Virus record (IMG/VR): IMGVR_UViG_2537561935_000012
Source of the DNA: a virus
Lineage: Duplodnaviria > Heunggongvirae > Uroviricota > Caudoviricetes
DNA: 64,000 bases
Direction: 5' to 3' (one strand)
Position numbers and translations under genes: made by a program. Each line of letters begins with the position of its first letter. The stretch's first letter is position 1. Positions 23,166-33,079 of this stretch are shown in pieces. The notes below the pieces were generated by a model. It saw only the letters and a list, made by a program, of their open reading frames with translations, was not told where the DNA came from and searched no databases.

Positions 23166-23606
23166 ATGGCCACACTATCTGATACAATAAAACCGAATAA
23201 AACATATCTTGAGGCGGTACTCCGTACAGCGTTGTTAGGAAAGACAGAAGACGAATACGTTGATTTCTTCCTGTCAGGGCTACGCGGGCGATTACTGAAA
23301 AACCCCCGCCTGTACCGCAGCTATGGTCCATACTGGCCGGAAATTAAAAAATTATTACTGGAGCGCGGTTATGGTAATTTCGGTCGTCTCGTTGACCGTG
23401 ACGTTCGCAAAATTTACCGTTATGACCGCCCGGCGCTAACACTCATAGCCGCGACGCTCTACAGCCAGGAGCGTTTTGATAATGGTCAGATATACTCAGC
23501 CTGGCATTTACTGCCAGTGCCTGAAGAAGTTGACGACCAGGACTATGAGTTTGAGTCTTACGATTTGGAAGTTGAAGCCTTGGCACAGGCTGGAGAGAAA
23601 ACTTGA
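23166..23606 (+). CDS. ulx: Ulx-like protein
   Basis: 146 aa immediately downstream of darB; synteny. Confidence 0.5.
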   Translation: MATLSDTIKPNKTYLEAVLRTALLGKTEDEYVDFFLSGLRGRLLKNPRLYRSYGPYWPEIKKLLLERGYGNFGRLVDRDVRKIYRYDRPALTLIAATLYSQERFDNGQIYSAWHLLPVPEEVDDQDYEFESYDLEVEALAQAGEKT

Positions 23607-23851
23607 AAAAGCGATACTACACAGTAAAGCATGGGACGCTACGAGCATTACAAGAGTTTGCTGACAAGCATAACGTTGAGGTGCGCAGGGAAGGGGGAAG
23701 TAAAGCTCTGCGCATGTACCGTCCGGACGGGAAATGGCGTACGGTCGTCGATTTCAAAACTAACAGTGTTCCCCAGGGCGTCCGCGATCGGGCATTCGAA
23801 GAATGGGAGCAGATCATCATAGATAACGCATTGCTCCTGAATGCTGATTAA
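23603..23851 (+). CDS. lxc: Lxc/Bof-like C1 co-repressor
   Basis: 82 aa, overlaps ulx stop; size and position as P1 lxc (bof). Confidence 0.5.
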   Translation: MKKRYYTVKHGTLRALQEFADKHNVEVRREGGSKALRMYRPDGKWRTVVDFKTNSVPQGVRDRAFEEWEQIIIDNALLLNAD

Positions 23852-23856
23852 GAACT

Positions 23857-23883
23857 CTCCGGCCTAGGGAGATTAGGCCGGAG
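23857..23883. terminator. Hairpin between convergent genes (candidate terminator)
   Basis: CTCCGGCCTA-gggagat-TAGGCCGGAG 10-bp perfect stem between lxc (+) and the SIR2-like gene (-); no clear T-run. Confidence 0.45.
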
Positions 23884-23892
23884 ATAAATATA

Positions 23893-25197
23893 CTATATAA
23901 ACTTAGATACAATATCGTGAATCTGTTGTAGCGGGATATCTTCCATCTCATTCTTAATAAGAGAGCGGTTAGATGCTGTCAGTGAAGGCCATTTTGTTTT
24001 CCAGGCTAGATATGCTCGCCATGAGTAGCCTGTTTCGTAAGGTTTATTCATATAAGTCATTGAGTGTTCAACCGCATGTATGTATTTTTTCTCAAAATTG
24101 GTTCCTTTTACTTCAAATAAACTACCGAAATAAATAAGCCATTTTGCCAGGTGTTCATACTGCTCCCATGCGCCAGGCTTTTTAGTAAGCTCTATTTTTT
24201 TATCTATTATATTACAAAAAACATTTAATACATTTTCATTATTCCAGCTATATCCAGATGATGAAATGGAGGAAATGATATGATAAAAAGAATCCTCTAG
24301 CTTCAAGAACTCTATTTTATACTCTCTTCCGTTTTTTATTACCGATTTGATTGAGTGCCTCAATTTGTCTTTTATTTTTTTTGCTTCTGGAATTTTATCG
24401 TTAAGTTTTCTAAAGAAATCAGATACCTCTGTTTTATCTATAACCCTAACCCCATAGCAGGAAAAATAGTAATCTTTAATAGGTTGCAATAGTTCCCCTC
24501 GGGAAACAAGGAAAATATTGGAGGACATTACGTTGTCCCGTGAAAATACCTTATATTCATTTATAATAGCCTTTAGGTTCGCGTCACTTAGAGAATAGCC
24601 AAGGATAACAATAGTGTTTTCATGTAGAACTGTGCTTAGTTTATTAGAAAAGTAAGAATTACCATTTATAAATCTGAAATAATCCTCGCTAGTAACAACC
24701 ATGTCTGATGGGGAGTCTATAGAACCGTGAACATGGTAGACTTTAACCTCACAATTATATTTTGGAATTGGCAGGCCGGGGGTGATTGTACAAGTTCGAT
24801 TCTCTCCAGCCAGCTTTTCTGCTAACTTGTCATAATTTGTCGTAATTACTTTAAATGTGTTTTCTTTGAAAAAGTCTTGAATATATTCAATTGATGGATC
24901 AAGTTCGATTGAGGCTATGATTTTCTCAATCTCTTGGTAAATATTTTTCCCCGAAAGTATAAGTTTTAGTGCAATAACCTGAGCAGCTTCTTCAAGGCTA
25001 AGGTCTTTTGCTTTTCCATCAGGAAATAATTCCTCTTTGAGTGAGTCACCATCCTTCAATAAACCGCACAGTTGCTCCAATAAAGATTGCCAACTTGGGG
25101 CTTTATCATCAGAAACAGCCTTTGAAAATCCAGTGCCTGTAAGAAAGCACAGCCTATGTGTAGCCGCTGCATAGGCAATTTCTATATACTCGCTCAT
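23893..25197 (-). CDS. SIR2-like (NAD-dependent deacetylase/NADase fold) protein with uncharacterised C-terminal domain; candidate anti-phage defence effector
   Basis: 434 aa, ATG with GGAG RBS. N-terminal motifs CFLTGTGFS (GAGxS-like), VITTNYD and VYHVHGS in the order and spacing of SIR2-family defence proteins. DNA is markedly AT-rich (about one-third GC in a sampled stretch) compared with neighbours. Confidence 0.7.
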   Translation of the reverse strand: MSEYIEIAYAAATHRLCFLTGTGFSKAVSDDKAPSWQSLLEQLCGLLKDGDSLKEELFPDGKAKDLSLEEAAQVIALKLILSGKNIYQEIEKIIASIELDPSIEYIQDFFKENTFKVITTNYDKLAEKLAGENRTCTITPGLPIPKYNCEVKVYHVHGSIDSPSDMVVTSEDYFRFINGNSYFSNKLSTVLHENTIVILGYSLSDANLKAIINEYKVFSRDNVMSSNIFLVSRGELLQPIKDYYFSCYGVRVIDKTEVSDFFRKLNDKIPEAKKIKDKLRHSIKSVIKNGREYKIEFLKLEDSFYHIISSISSSGYSWNNENVLNVFCNIIDKKIELTKKPGAWEQYEHLAKWLIYFGSLFEVKGTNFEKKYIHAVEHSMTYMNKPYETGYSWRAYLAWKTKWPSLTASNRSLIKNEMEDIPLQQIHDIVSKFI

Positions 25198-25253
25198 TAC
25201 TTACTCCATTTACTTATAGTTCTACGGAGAAGTATACCCTAATGCATTGACGT

Positions 25254-25895
25254 TTATAGATAATTTCCTTTTCCTGTTAATACTCCCTTAGGCACCTGTT
25301 TTTGTGCCAGCGTTTGGGTGCCGCGAATTATGTTAATCAGAGGGCTTAGTAACGATGGTTCCTGGCGTGCCTCAACTTCTCCAGCCATTGCCCTGATGTA
25401 GTCGGCGCTGGCAACGTTGTTGTATTCCGTCGCAAAGCAACATAGTAACGTCAGAACATGCTCTGTCGTTATTTCGCTCCAGTTGATGTTGAAAAATTCA
25501 TCGCCTTTTTTATCGTGTTCGGAATCGAAGATGCTTTGGTGGAGGATGTATTTGCCGGATTCCTTGCGCGGTAACTTGATTGCTTTCTGGCGTTCCAGCT
25601 CCTTATAAATCTGCATTGCCTCAATTAGTACCGGCCTGCCGTTCATGAAGGGATCGCGCAACCTTACACGCTGGCCAACTCGACCAGTAATAAAGCTGTT
25701 TTCCTCTTCCACCAGCACGATAAAACCCTTTTCCTCTTTTTCTCGCAATTCGCGCAGCAGCTGGAGTTCCATATCGCGGCGGCGTTCAGGGTAGCTGGTC
25801 CGCTCAGCCATTATTAGCTCATTGTTGATCCATGCAGCAGTCATTGACGCCGGTTTGCCGACGCTCATCGAAACAACGCATATTTTCTTATCCAT
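25254..25895 (-). CDS. Hypothetical protein, backbone-like GC; at the position of P1 mat
   Basis: 213 aa from ATG 25895 with AGGGGG RBS (track ORF extends to GTG 26042); same strand and 56 bp upstream of the SIR2-like gene. Confidence 0.45.
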   Translation of the reverse strand: MDKKICVVSMSVGKPASMTAAWINNELIMAERTSYPERRRDMELQLLRELREKEEKGFIVLVEEENSFITGRVGQRVRLRDPFMNGRPVLIEAMQIYKELERQKAIKLPRKESGKYILHQSIFDSEHDKKGDEFFNINWSEITTEHVLTLLCCFATEYNNVASADYIRAMAGEVEARQEPSLLSPLINIIRGTQTLAQKQVPKGVLTGKGNYL

Positions 25896-26084
25896 AGCGC
25901 CCCCTACAAAAAAGAAAAGCCACCAGCGGCGGCTTAGCAATACAACTGAAGGTAGCGCCCGGTACTCAGACTGTGCCGTCCATGGAATATTTGAAAAGGG
26001 ATCCATCCGTACCGGGCATGTGATGATTCTGACTGAAGTCACTTGTCAGTTGTCAATTATTTCAGATTAAAAATAATATATTTA

Positions 26085-26645
26085 TTAGTGCATGATGTTT
26101 GCCATCTCATAGGCGTCAGCCAGCAACTCCATCTCTGACTTGTTCAGCAAGGTGAATTCTTTCTTGCCTCCAACCACCCCATCGGCATGAACAGGGACCA
26201 GCCAGGGGGATTTTTCTCTTACTTCAGCCGGTGCTGCATGCTGGTGGTGCCATCTACAAAGGGGCAATTGCTTTTTGTGACAACCCGGCGCGGTACGACC
26301 GGAGATATGGTGCAGAGATACCTCTTCAGATATTACTCCATGCATGTAGCAGGCAATGCAGGGGAGAGCGCCAAGAGCATTGGCGATGCTCCGTTCCTCC
26401 GCTGTCGATGTTCGCCCCTTCAAGCCACGAGATTTTATCTTTACCGCACTTTTCCGCGTTTTGCTGGCTGGTGGGCGCTCTTTCTGTTTAGCGATACGGC
26501 GGTCGATAGAATCCCGCATTTTCTGATATTGCGATTCTCGCCAGGCGGGGTCAGCCAACTTTTCCCGTTGCCGAGCGATCGCTCGTTCTCTGGCTGCCTT
26601 CTGCCACTCGCGGCGCTGTTCAAGTTTTTGTTCGATTGTTTTCAT
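26085..26645 (-). CDS. ref: Recombination enhancement function, HNH endonuclease
   Basis: 186 aa; basic N-terminal region and HNH-like Cys/His cluster (CIACYMHG ... HH ... CRWHH); matches P1 Ref in size and position. Confidence 0.85.
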   Translation of the reverse strand: MKTIEQKLEQRREWQKAARERAIARQREKLADPAWRESQYQKMRDSIDRRIAKQKERPPASKTRKSAVKIKSRGLKGRTSTAEERSIANALGALPCIACYMHGVISEEVSLHHISGRTAPGCHKKQLPLCRWHHQHAAPAEVREKSPWLVPVHADGVVGGKKEFTLLNKSEMELLADAYEMANIMH

Positions 26646-26731
26646 ATGGCAAAAAAAAAGGCGGCCTAATGGCCGCCAATGATGTCAAGGAGTTAAGTAA
26701 TGGCAACGTCTTCGTAGTTGACAAAAACTGC

Positions 26732-26761
26732 GGCTTAATTATAGCAATCAATTAGAGCAAT
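26732..26761 (-). promoter_or_regulatory. Tandem C1 operator-like sites upstream of ref
   Basis: Overlapping ATTATAGCAAT and ATTAGAGCAAT cores (reverse complement of operator consensus) about 100 bp upstream of ref start. Confidence 0.5.
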
Positions 26762-26892
26762 GGTAGATATTTTGTTAATCGCGAATCACATTTTTTCACT
26801 TCAGTACCTGTGTGCTATACTCCTTCTTGATTGATTGGATGCGGAATACAAACCCGCTCTTTTGTGCAGCCTGGCTCCTTGCCAGGCTTTTT

Positions 26893-27204
26893 TTATTTCA
26901 TCATGGAAGCTGTTAACGCTTTGGATCTTGCTGAACTGATTGAAAGGGCATTGTTTACCTTACCCAGGAGTTCGCCAAATTCCACCATCACTCTAGTAAG
27001 CCCGCGCCGCGCTTCCTCCTCCGTTGCATTCATCACAAAATGTTCAGCACTCCGCATGCTTTTAACGGGGAACGCAACAGATATCGAGTCGATATCAGGC
27101 ATCCTATCGCTCAACTTTACGGTGACAATGACAGATGGTGACTGAATTTGAGAGCTTACAGACAGCACCACATATTTTCCGTCTATTTTGAAATCCTTCC
27201 GCAT
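26893..27204 (-). CDS. Hypothetical protein between cre and ref (Cra-like position)
   Basis: 103-aa ORF; synteny only. Confidence 0.35.
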   Translation of the reverse strand: MRKDFKIDGKYVVLSVSSQIQSPSVIVTVKLSDRMPDIDSISVAFPVKSMRSAEHFVMNATEEEARRGLTRVMVEFGELLGKVNNALSISSARSKALTASMMK

Positions 27205-27220
27205 GCGTCACCATAAATAT

Positions 27221-27237
27221 CAAATAATTAGAGCAAT
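27221..27237 (-). promoter_or_regulatory. C1 operator-like site
   Basis: CAAATAATTAGAGCAAT, three mismatches to operator consensus (reverse complement). Confidence 0.4.
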
Positions 27238-27254
27238 CAAGCGCAAATGAACGG

Positions 27255-28286
27255 CTAATCGCCATCTTCCAGCAGGCGCACCATTGCCCCCGTTTCACTA
27301 TCCAGGTTACGGATATAGTTCATGACAATATTTACGTTGGTCCAGCCACCAGCTTGCATGATCTCCGGTATTGAAACTCCGGCGCGGGCCATATCTCGCG
27401 CGGCTCCGACACGGGCACTGTGTCCAGACCAGGCCAGGTATCTCTGACCAGAGTCATCCTTAGCGCCGTAAATCAATCGATGAGTTGCTTCAAAAATCCC
27501 TTCCAGGGCGCGAGTTGATAGCTGGCTGGTGGCAGATGGCGCGGCAACACCATTTTTTCTGACACGGCAAAACAAGTAGTTATTCGGATCATCAGCCACA
27601 CCAGAGACAGAAATCCATCGCTCGACCAGTTTAGTTACCCCCAGGCTAAGTGCCTTCTCTACACCTGCGGTGCTAACCAGCGTTTTCGTTCTGCCAATAT
27701 GGATTAACATTCTCCCACCGTCAGTACGTGAGATATCTTTAACCCTGATCCTGGCAATTTCGGCTATACGTAATAGGGTGTTATAAGCAATCCCCAGAAA
27801 TGCCAGATTACGTATATCCTGGCAGCGATCGCTATTTTCCATGAGTGAACGAACCTGGTCGAAATCAGTGCGTTCGAACGCCAGTGCCTGTTTTGCACGT
27901 TCACCGGCATCAACGTTTTCTTTTCGGATCCGTCGCATGACCAGTGAAACAGCATTACTGTCACTTGGTCGTGGCAGCCCGGACCGACGATGAAGCATGT
28001 TTAGCTGGCCCAAATGTTGCTGGATAGTTTTTACTGCCAGACCGCGCGCCTGAAGATATAGAAGATAATCGCGAACATCTTCAGGTTCTGCGGGAAACCA
28101 TTTCCGGTTATTCAACTTGCACCATGCCGCCCACGATCGGCAAACGGACAGAAGCATTTTCCAGGTATGCTCAGAAAACGCCTGGCGATCCCTGAACATG
28201 TCCATCAGGTTCTTGCGAACCTCATCACTCGTTGCATCGACCGGTAATGCAGGTAAATTTTGGTGTACGGTCAGTAAATTGGACAT
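27255..28286 (-). CDS. cre: Cre tyrosine site-specific recombinase
   Basis: 343 aa; translation MSNLLTVHQNLPALPVDATSDEVRKNLMDMFRDRQAFSEHTWKML... ends ...RLLEDGD, the familiar Cre sequence; loxP lies about 420 bp upstream. Confidence 0.98.
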   Translation of the reverse strand: MSNLLTVHQNLPALPVDATSDEVRKNLMDMFRDRQAFSEHTWKMLLSVCRSWAAWCKLNNRKWFPAEPEDVRDYLLYLQARGLAVKTIQQHLGQLNMLHRRSGLPRPSDSNAVSLVMRRIRKENVDAGERAKQALAFERTDFDQVRSLMENSDRCQDIRNLAFLGIAYNTLLRIAEIARIRVKDISRTDGGRMLIHIGRTKTLVSTAGVEKALSLGVTKLVERWISVSGVADDPNNYLFCRVRKNGVAAPSATSQLSTRALEGIFEATHRLIYGAKDDSGQRYLAWSGHSARVGAARDMARAGVSIPEIMQAGGWTNVNIVMNYIRNLDSETGAMVRLLEDGD

Positions 28287-28704
28287 TTAACACTCAGATA
28301 ATGGTTTTAAGTAAAGTGTACAGGATCGGCTCTGCCTTTACCTGTTTATGGTTCTCGTCATAGAAACGCCAGCGACCGCGCGTGCGTTCTATTTTCTCTT
28401 CACCGCGCGATAATGACAGTTGACAACTATCACGATCAAACCCTTTTGCCCGCCAGTAACCACGGTTTTTCTCAAGCTCAATATGAGTGGACACTTTAGC
28501 AGCTGAATATCCCATTTTTCACCTCTGATTGATTGGTGGTGCTAAGTGCGCTACGCGAAATCTGGAGCACTAACACTGCCAACATTTCACAGCTTTTACG
28601 TAGCGCAACCTTGATCAAATGATCAAGTGATCACTATTTGACCTGATAAGGTATTGAACTGTATGGATTTACAGGTAAATTGATCATGTTCAATAACCCT
28701 TAAG

Positions 28705-28738
28705 ATAACTTCGTATAATGTATGCTATACGAAGTTAT
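28705..28738. other. loxP recombination site
   Basis: Exact 34-bp ATAACTTCGTATAATGTATGCTATACGAAGTTAT (13-bp inverted repeats flanking 8-bp spacer). Confidence 0.97.
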
Positions 28739-28781
28739 TAGGTCTGAAGAGGAGTTTACGTCCAGCTGCGCATAAAAATCA

Positions 28782-28798
28782 AGAATTATTAGAGCAAT
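28782..28798 (-). promoter_or_regulatory. C1 operator-like site
   Basis: AGAATTATTAGAGCAAT, two mismatches (reverse complement of consensus). Confidence 0.5.
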
Positions 28799-28864
28799 AA
28801 ATTTTGAGAGAAAAATCCCACTCCACCAGCCAAAAACTGGATTGTTTTTCATAGTTGTTTGACA

Positions 28865-28881
28865 ATTGCTCTAATAAATTA
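28865..28881 (+). promoter_or_regulatory. C1 operator-like site upstream of coi/c1 region
   Basis: ATTGCTCTAATAAATTA, one mismatch to ATTGCTCTAATAAATTT. Confidence 0.6.
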
Positions 28882-29119
28882 TAGTTTTGCCGCCGTTTCG
28901 TAATACGACTTTGGATTCACTATTTAATGTGTCTTCAGCGTTGTAGAGCGGCTCAGAAGGAAATGAGCAAACAGGGAAACCTTATACAACGGCATTACAG
29001 CTATGCATTGCTCATCTTACACACAGCGCAATGTTGTTAGATTACCCCAGCATGGATCATGGGTGAAACAGTAGGTCAGAGCTTCAGGCTCTGTGTTGTC
29101 AATACAGTGAGGCATAATT

Positions 29120-29329
29120 ATGGCTTTCATTCCACCAACCATCGACGACGTTAGACATTGCTCTAACGCTTTATCTGTAGACCCCGCCGAAACCGACGCT
29201 GCCCGCGCCATTGCTGAACACTACTCAAAGATATCCAATCAGGAGTACCGCATCACCCAAGACGACCTGGATGATCTCACTGACACAATCGAATATCTCA
29301 TGGCCACTAACCAGCCAGACTCACAATAA
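29120..29329 (+). CDS. coi: C1 inactivator Coi
   Basis: 69-aa acidic protein immediately upstream of c1; size and position as P1 Coi. Confidence 0.65.
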   Translation: MAFIPPTIDDVRHCSNALSVDPAETDAARAIAEHYSKISNQEYRITQDDLDDLTDTIEYLMATNQPDSQ

Positions 29330-29330
29330 A

Positions 29331-29347
29331 TGCACTAATAAATCTAT
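29331..29347 (+). promoter_or_regulatory. C1 operator-like site between coi and c1
   Basis: AATGCACTAATAAATCT, three mismatches to consensus; followed by TATAAT and a 12-bp-stem hairpin (29375-29415). Confidence 0.4.
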
Positions 29348-29439
29348 TATTTTCGTTGGATCCTTCTATAATGGTGGCCAACAACTCCCAGTGTAATCCG
29401 CTGTGAGTTGTTGGCCATGTCAATTCTGGAGGAGGATCA

Positions 29440-30291
29440 ATGATAAATTATGTCTACGGCGAACAACTGTACCAGGAGTTCGTCAGCTTCAGGGATCTCT
29501 TTCTAAAAAAAGCTGTTGCACGCGCCCAACACGTTGATGCCGCCAGCGACGGTCGTCCTGTTCGCCCGGTTGTCGTTCTGCCGTTCAAAGAAACGGACAG
29601 CATTCAGGCTGAAATTGATAAATGGACTTTAATGGCGCGGGAACTGGAACAGTACCCAGACCTCAATATCCCAAAGACTATTTTATATCCAGTGCCTAAC
29701 ATCCTTCGCGGTGTGCGTAAGGTTACGACTTATCAGACAGAAGCTGTGAACAGCGTCAACATGACCGCTGGCCGCATTATTCATCTGATTGATAAGGACA
29801 TTCGCATCCAGAAAAGCGCGGGGATCAATGAGCACAGTGCGAAATACATAGAGAACCTGGAAGCAACAAAAGAGCTAATGAAGCAGTACCCGGAGGATGA
29901 AAAATTCCGTATGCGTGTACACGGCTTTAGCGAAACAATGCTGCGCGTCCACTACATTTCCAGTAGCCCTAACTACAATGATGGTAAATCAGTTAGTTAC
30001 CATGTGCCGCTGTGTGGTGTGTTTATCTGCGATGAAACTCTCCGTGATGGAATCATCATCAACGGTGAATTCGAGAAAGCAAAATTTAGCCTTTATGACT
30101 CTATAGAACCGATCATCTGCGACCGCTGGCCGCAGGCAAAAATATATCGCCTGGCAGATATTGAAAATGTAAAAAAACAAATTGCCATCACTCGCGAAGA
30201 GAAAAAGGTCAAATCAGCCGCATCAGTTACGCGCAGCCGTAACACTAAGAAGGGGCAGCCAGTAAACGACAACCCCGAAAGCGCGCAATAG
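29440..30291 (+). CDS. c1: C1 repressor of lysis
   Basis: 283 aa, same length and genomic position (between coi and pacB) as P1 C1; cognate operator-like motifs scattered across window. Confidence 0.8.
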   Translation: MINYVYGEQLYQEFVSFRDLFLKKAVARAQHVDAASDGRPVRPVVVLPFKETDSIQAEIDKWTLMARELEQYPDLNIPKTILYPVPNILRGVRKVTTYQTEAVNSVNMTAGRIIHLIDKDIRIQKSAGINEHSAKYIENLEATKELMKQYPEDEKFRMRVHGFSETMLRVHYISSSPNYNDGKSVSYHVPLCGVFICDETLRDGIIINGEFEKAKFSLYDSIEPIICDRWPQAKIYRLADIENVKKQIAITREEKKVKSAASVTRSRNTKKGQPVNDNPESAQ

Positions 30292-30315
30292 TTTCTATCC
30301 GGCATGGTAAATGAG

Positions 30316-31800
30316 TTATTCATTAAGCCATGCCAGAGCTTCATCAACCTGCGCTTCGTCTTCGACGCTAAGCACTTCATCCTGGGGAACATAATCAGCC
30401 AGCATAGCGAAACAATATGTATCCCAATGGTCTGGTGAGTGCAGGTTGAGTTTTTTCTTCATATCCTCCTTACTCATCACCTTCCATTGACCTGCGGAGT
30501 TAATCCCTACAGGGATTTTCGACGCTTCCTCAATAGTTTCATTACCCTTATCCAGTCTCATACGACCAGATTTTACGGCCTCTGCGGCTTGAACGTTGGC
30601 ATAAGCACGTTTATCAAAGTACAGGCTCTTATCTTCACGGCTATGCATCTTTTTACCCCAGCGTATACGCTGTACGGTAATACCATAATACTCGTACATC
30701 AGATCCGCCGTTGCTTTACCCAGGCCATCGCCGTCTATCGCTATGGTGATATTGGGGAATCGCTCAGGATTACATTCTGCGAAAATTTTGGCGGCAAGCT
30801 GCGTTTCTGTAACGTCTGTGTATTCCAGCATTCGATAGTTGATTACACGGCGTTTATTTCGCTGGCCGGACACCATCATGATATTGATAACGGACTTATC
30901 CCGTCCCGTACCACCAGCAACGTCCACACATGCAAGCCAGCCCCATCCTTTTGCAATCTTGACTTTCCGCCGCGTTGCACGTTCAACCTCATCACGCCCA
31001 AGAAGGAAGCCATCCTGTGATTTAGGGAATAGGCCGCGTACCTTAATCATGTACATAGGGTTATCACGCCCGCCGTACTCCGCCAGCTTCATTTTGATAA
31101 ATGCTGGCGTTACCAACGGTGATTCCTCACTGTTAAGCGTGATCGCCGTATAAACGCCATCAGGGTTACCAGGACGCTTGGCCAGTTTATGGTGTGTATC
31201 GTAGAAATAGCAGCTTGGGCGTGTAGGCTGTGACAGCAATAAGATGCGGTTATCCTGTCCGGTAAGAGCACCGGTGATGATACCGAAAGCTCTATCACTG
31301 ACACCGGAGGCTTCATCGATAATATACAGAAGATGATCTGCGTGTTCACCGGCGAGAGCTTCTTCACTTCCCAGACGAAAGCCCTTCGGTACTACAGTCC
31401 ATACACCTTTACCAGTAATCTCATAGAAAGCGGTTTCTGTCAGAACAAAATAATCAGCAAGCCATGGGAAACGGCTGGGGGCAGTAGCCCAGTTTATCTT
31501 GATGTACTTGAATATACCGGTCATTACCTGCTGAATTTTGTTCGCAACGATAATGGCACGGGCACCTGGATACATGATTATGAACAACATGATCATGATA
31601 GAAGTCATGTCTGATTTCCCGGTACCGTGACCAGACGAAACAGATGTCTTGCTACCCTGTTCCTGCACAGACTCAATAATCAGATCCTGCTGCCAGGTAG
31701 GTGTTTTGCCGAACAAAACATCAGCGGCAGCAATCAAGTCATAACGATATAGCGCCACCAGCTCGCGCCAACGTGGATCCGTTACGCAACTTCTGGCCAT
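30316..31800 (-). CDS. pacB: Pacase/terminase large subunit PacB
   Basis: 494 aa, Walker-A-like GHGTGKS, follows pacA with overlapping stop/start. Confidence 0.8.
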   Translation of the reverse strand: MARSCVTDPRWRELVALYRYDLIAAADVLFGKTPTWQQDLIIESVQEQGSKTSVSSGHGTGKSDMTSIMIMLFIIMYPGARAIIVANKIQQVMTGIFKYIKINWATAPSRFPWLADYFVLTETAFYEITGKGVWTVVPKGFRLGSEEALAGEHADHLLYIIDEASGVSDRAFGIITGALTGQDNRILLLSQPTRPSCYFYDTHHKLAKRPGNPDGVYTAITLNSEESPLVTPAFIKMKLAEYGGRDNPMYMIKVRGLFPKSQDGFLLGRDEVERATRRKVKIAKGWGWLACVDVAGGTGRDKSVINIMMVSGQRNKRRVINYRMLEYTDVTETQLAAKIFAECNPERFPNITIAIDGDGLGKATADLMYEYYGITVQRIRWGKKMHSREDKSLYFDKRAYANVQAAEAVKSGRMRLDKGNETIEEASKIPVGINSAGQWKVMSKEDMKKKLNLHSPDHWDTYCFAMLADYVPQDEVLSVEDEAQVDEALAWLNE

Positions 31801-32993
31801 TAATCATCATCCCCGTATAGCTTGCGGGTAACTTCTTCGTCTTCCTCCTCGTCTTCGTCCAGGTCTTGTTCCAGCCATGGGTCGTTTGATACACCTTCAG
31901 TATCAACATCTCCATAACCGCCTGTATCAACGATATCGGCGATTTCTTCCCTACGCTGCTCAATCCACAATGCGGCATCGGCGCGGCGGTTGGCGGCCCG
32001 TTCTCGCGCAACTTTGTCCAGATCTTCAAGAGAAGGGCCACCGACGGCTGTTTGCCTTTCCTCATCATCGGTATTGGTCTTAGGAGCACGCAGATCGGCT
32101 TTGATTTGCTCCAGCATCAGGGGCGGTACTTTCCCTCCATGCGCCTCGATGAATTCAGCTGCCTCCAGCACTGACCAGTTGTTTTCACGCTTTCGTTCGT
32201 ATGCCAGCTTAACAATGCCAGCTTGCCCCATAGACAAAGCGTGCTTTTCCGCCTCCCGGCTTTCTTTTCGATAGTTATTCCGGATGCTGTAAATGGTGTT
32301 GATCAGGCTGCTTATCTGCGCGGAACAGCTGTTTAGCATGCTCGCGATACGGTATTCAGGCGGAGTTCCTTCATCATCGTCTTTTTGCTGATCGCGCATT
32401 TCCTGAACCAAGCGAATACACGTATCCCTGGCGTTCTCCAGCATAAGGAGATGAGAGAGAGACTTTTCCAGAAGAGTGGTTTCCAGAACATCAGCCCCGG
32501 ACCGACGCAACATAGCGCGCGCGGCCTTCCGCGCTTCAACGTTATCTATCAGGTAATCGCCAGCTTCGAATTCAAAGCGTTCACCATCATCATCCAGGGT
32601 GTCGCGTTCCAGGCGATCACGTAAGGTCCGGTGGGCGCGGGTGATCACGTCATGATCATCAGAACGATCATTTATGCGCTTATTCTGGCGCTTCGCGTTC
32701 TCGACTGCGGCACTAACAACAGCATTAACTCTTTGTTTTTCAGCCATTTCAGCCACAATGTGATCACCTGCACGTTGATCATTAGCGTGATCAATGATCA
32801 TGCTTTTTAGTGGTTTTCTGACAGGCTTATTTGGCTTACGGCTGTCCGCTGTTCCGGTGTCTTCTTTGAATGCACGGAGATAACGACGTGCGGTGTTTGG
32901 GTTGAGATTAAACTCGGCGGCATATTGTGCGATGGTGTAACCACCATCTCGCGCCAGGCGAGCAAAATTCTTCTTGTGATCGTCCCAGGTCAC
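31800..32993 (-). CDS. pacA: Pacase subunit PacA (pac-site recognition)
   Basis: 397 aa, N-terminal HTH-like region and acidic C-terminus; contains the pac site within its coding sequence. Confidence 0.8.
   Translation of the reverse strand: MTWDDHKKNFARLARDGGYTIAQYAAEFNLNPNTARRYLRAFKEDTGTADSRKPNKPVRKPLKSMIIDHANDQRAGDHIVAEMAEKQRVNAVVSAAVENAKRQNKRINDRSDDHDVITRAHRTLRDRLERDTLDDDGERFEFEAGDYLIDNVEARKAARAMLRRSGADVLETTLLEKSLSHLLMLENARDTCIRLVQEMRDQQKDDDEGTPPEYRIASMLNSCSAQISSLINTIYSIRNNYRKESREAEKHALSMGQAGIVKLAYERKRENNWSVLEAAEFIEAHGGKVPPLMLEQIKADLRAPKTNTDDEERQTAVGGPSLEDLDKVARERAANRRADAALWIEQRREEIADIVDTGGYGDVDTEGVSNDPWLEQDLDEDEEEDEEVTRKLYGDDD
32640..32802. other. pac packaging site (seven TGATCA/G hexamers carrying Dam GATC sites)
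   Basis: Three hexamers at 32642-32671 and four at 32761-32800, the 3+4 arrangement spanning about 160 bp described for P1 pac. Confidence 0.75.
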
Positions 32994-33079
32994 TTATGCT
33001 TCCTTTCGTATAAAACTCTTTTTGACGCGAGGGTAACGAAAGTCACATGTCAAAAGGCCCGGAACGGGCAAGCAATCAA

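Noticed and set aside
16685-23190. Numerous short ORFs on both strands inside darB (e.g. 16685-16939, 19566-20099, 22952-23173)
   Set aside because: All are nested within the continuous 2255-aa darB frame; their composition reflects the darB reading frame rather than independent genes.
23852-26084. Type III R-M genes (mod/res) expected between lxc and ref
   Set aside because: No ORF of the required size and no DPPY or helicase motifs are present; the interval holds only the SIR2-like ORF and a 213-aa ORF.
28294-28515. 73-aa minus-strand ORF between loxP and cre
   Set aside because: It lies in the region that in P1 holds the cre promoters; it has no recognisable domain, so it is treated as probably non-coding.
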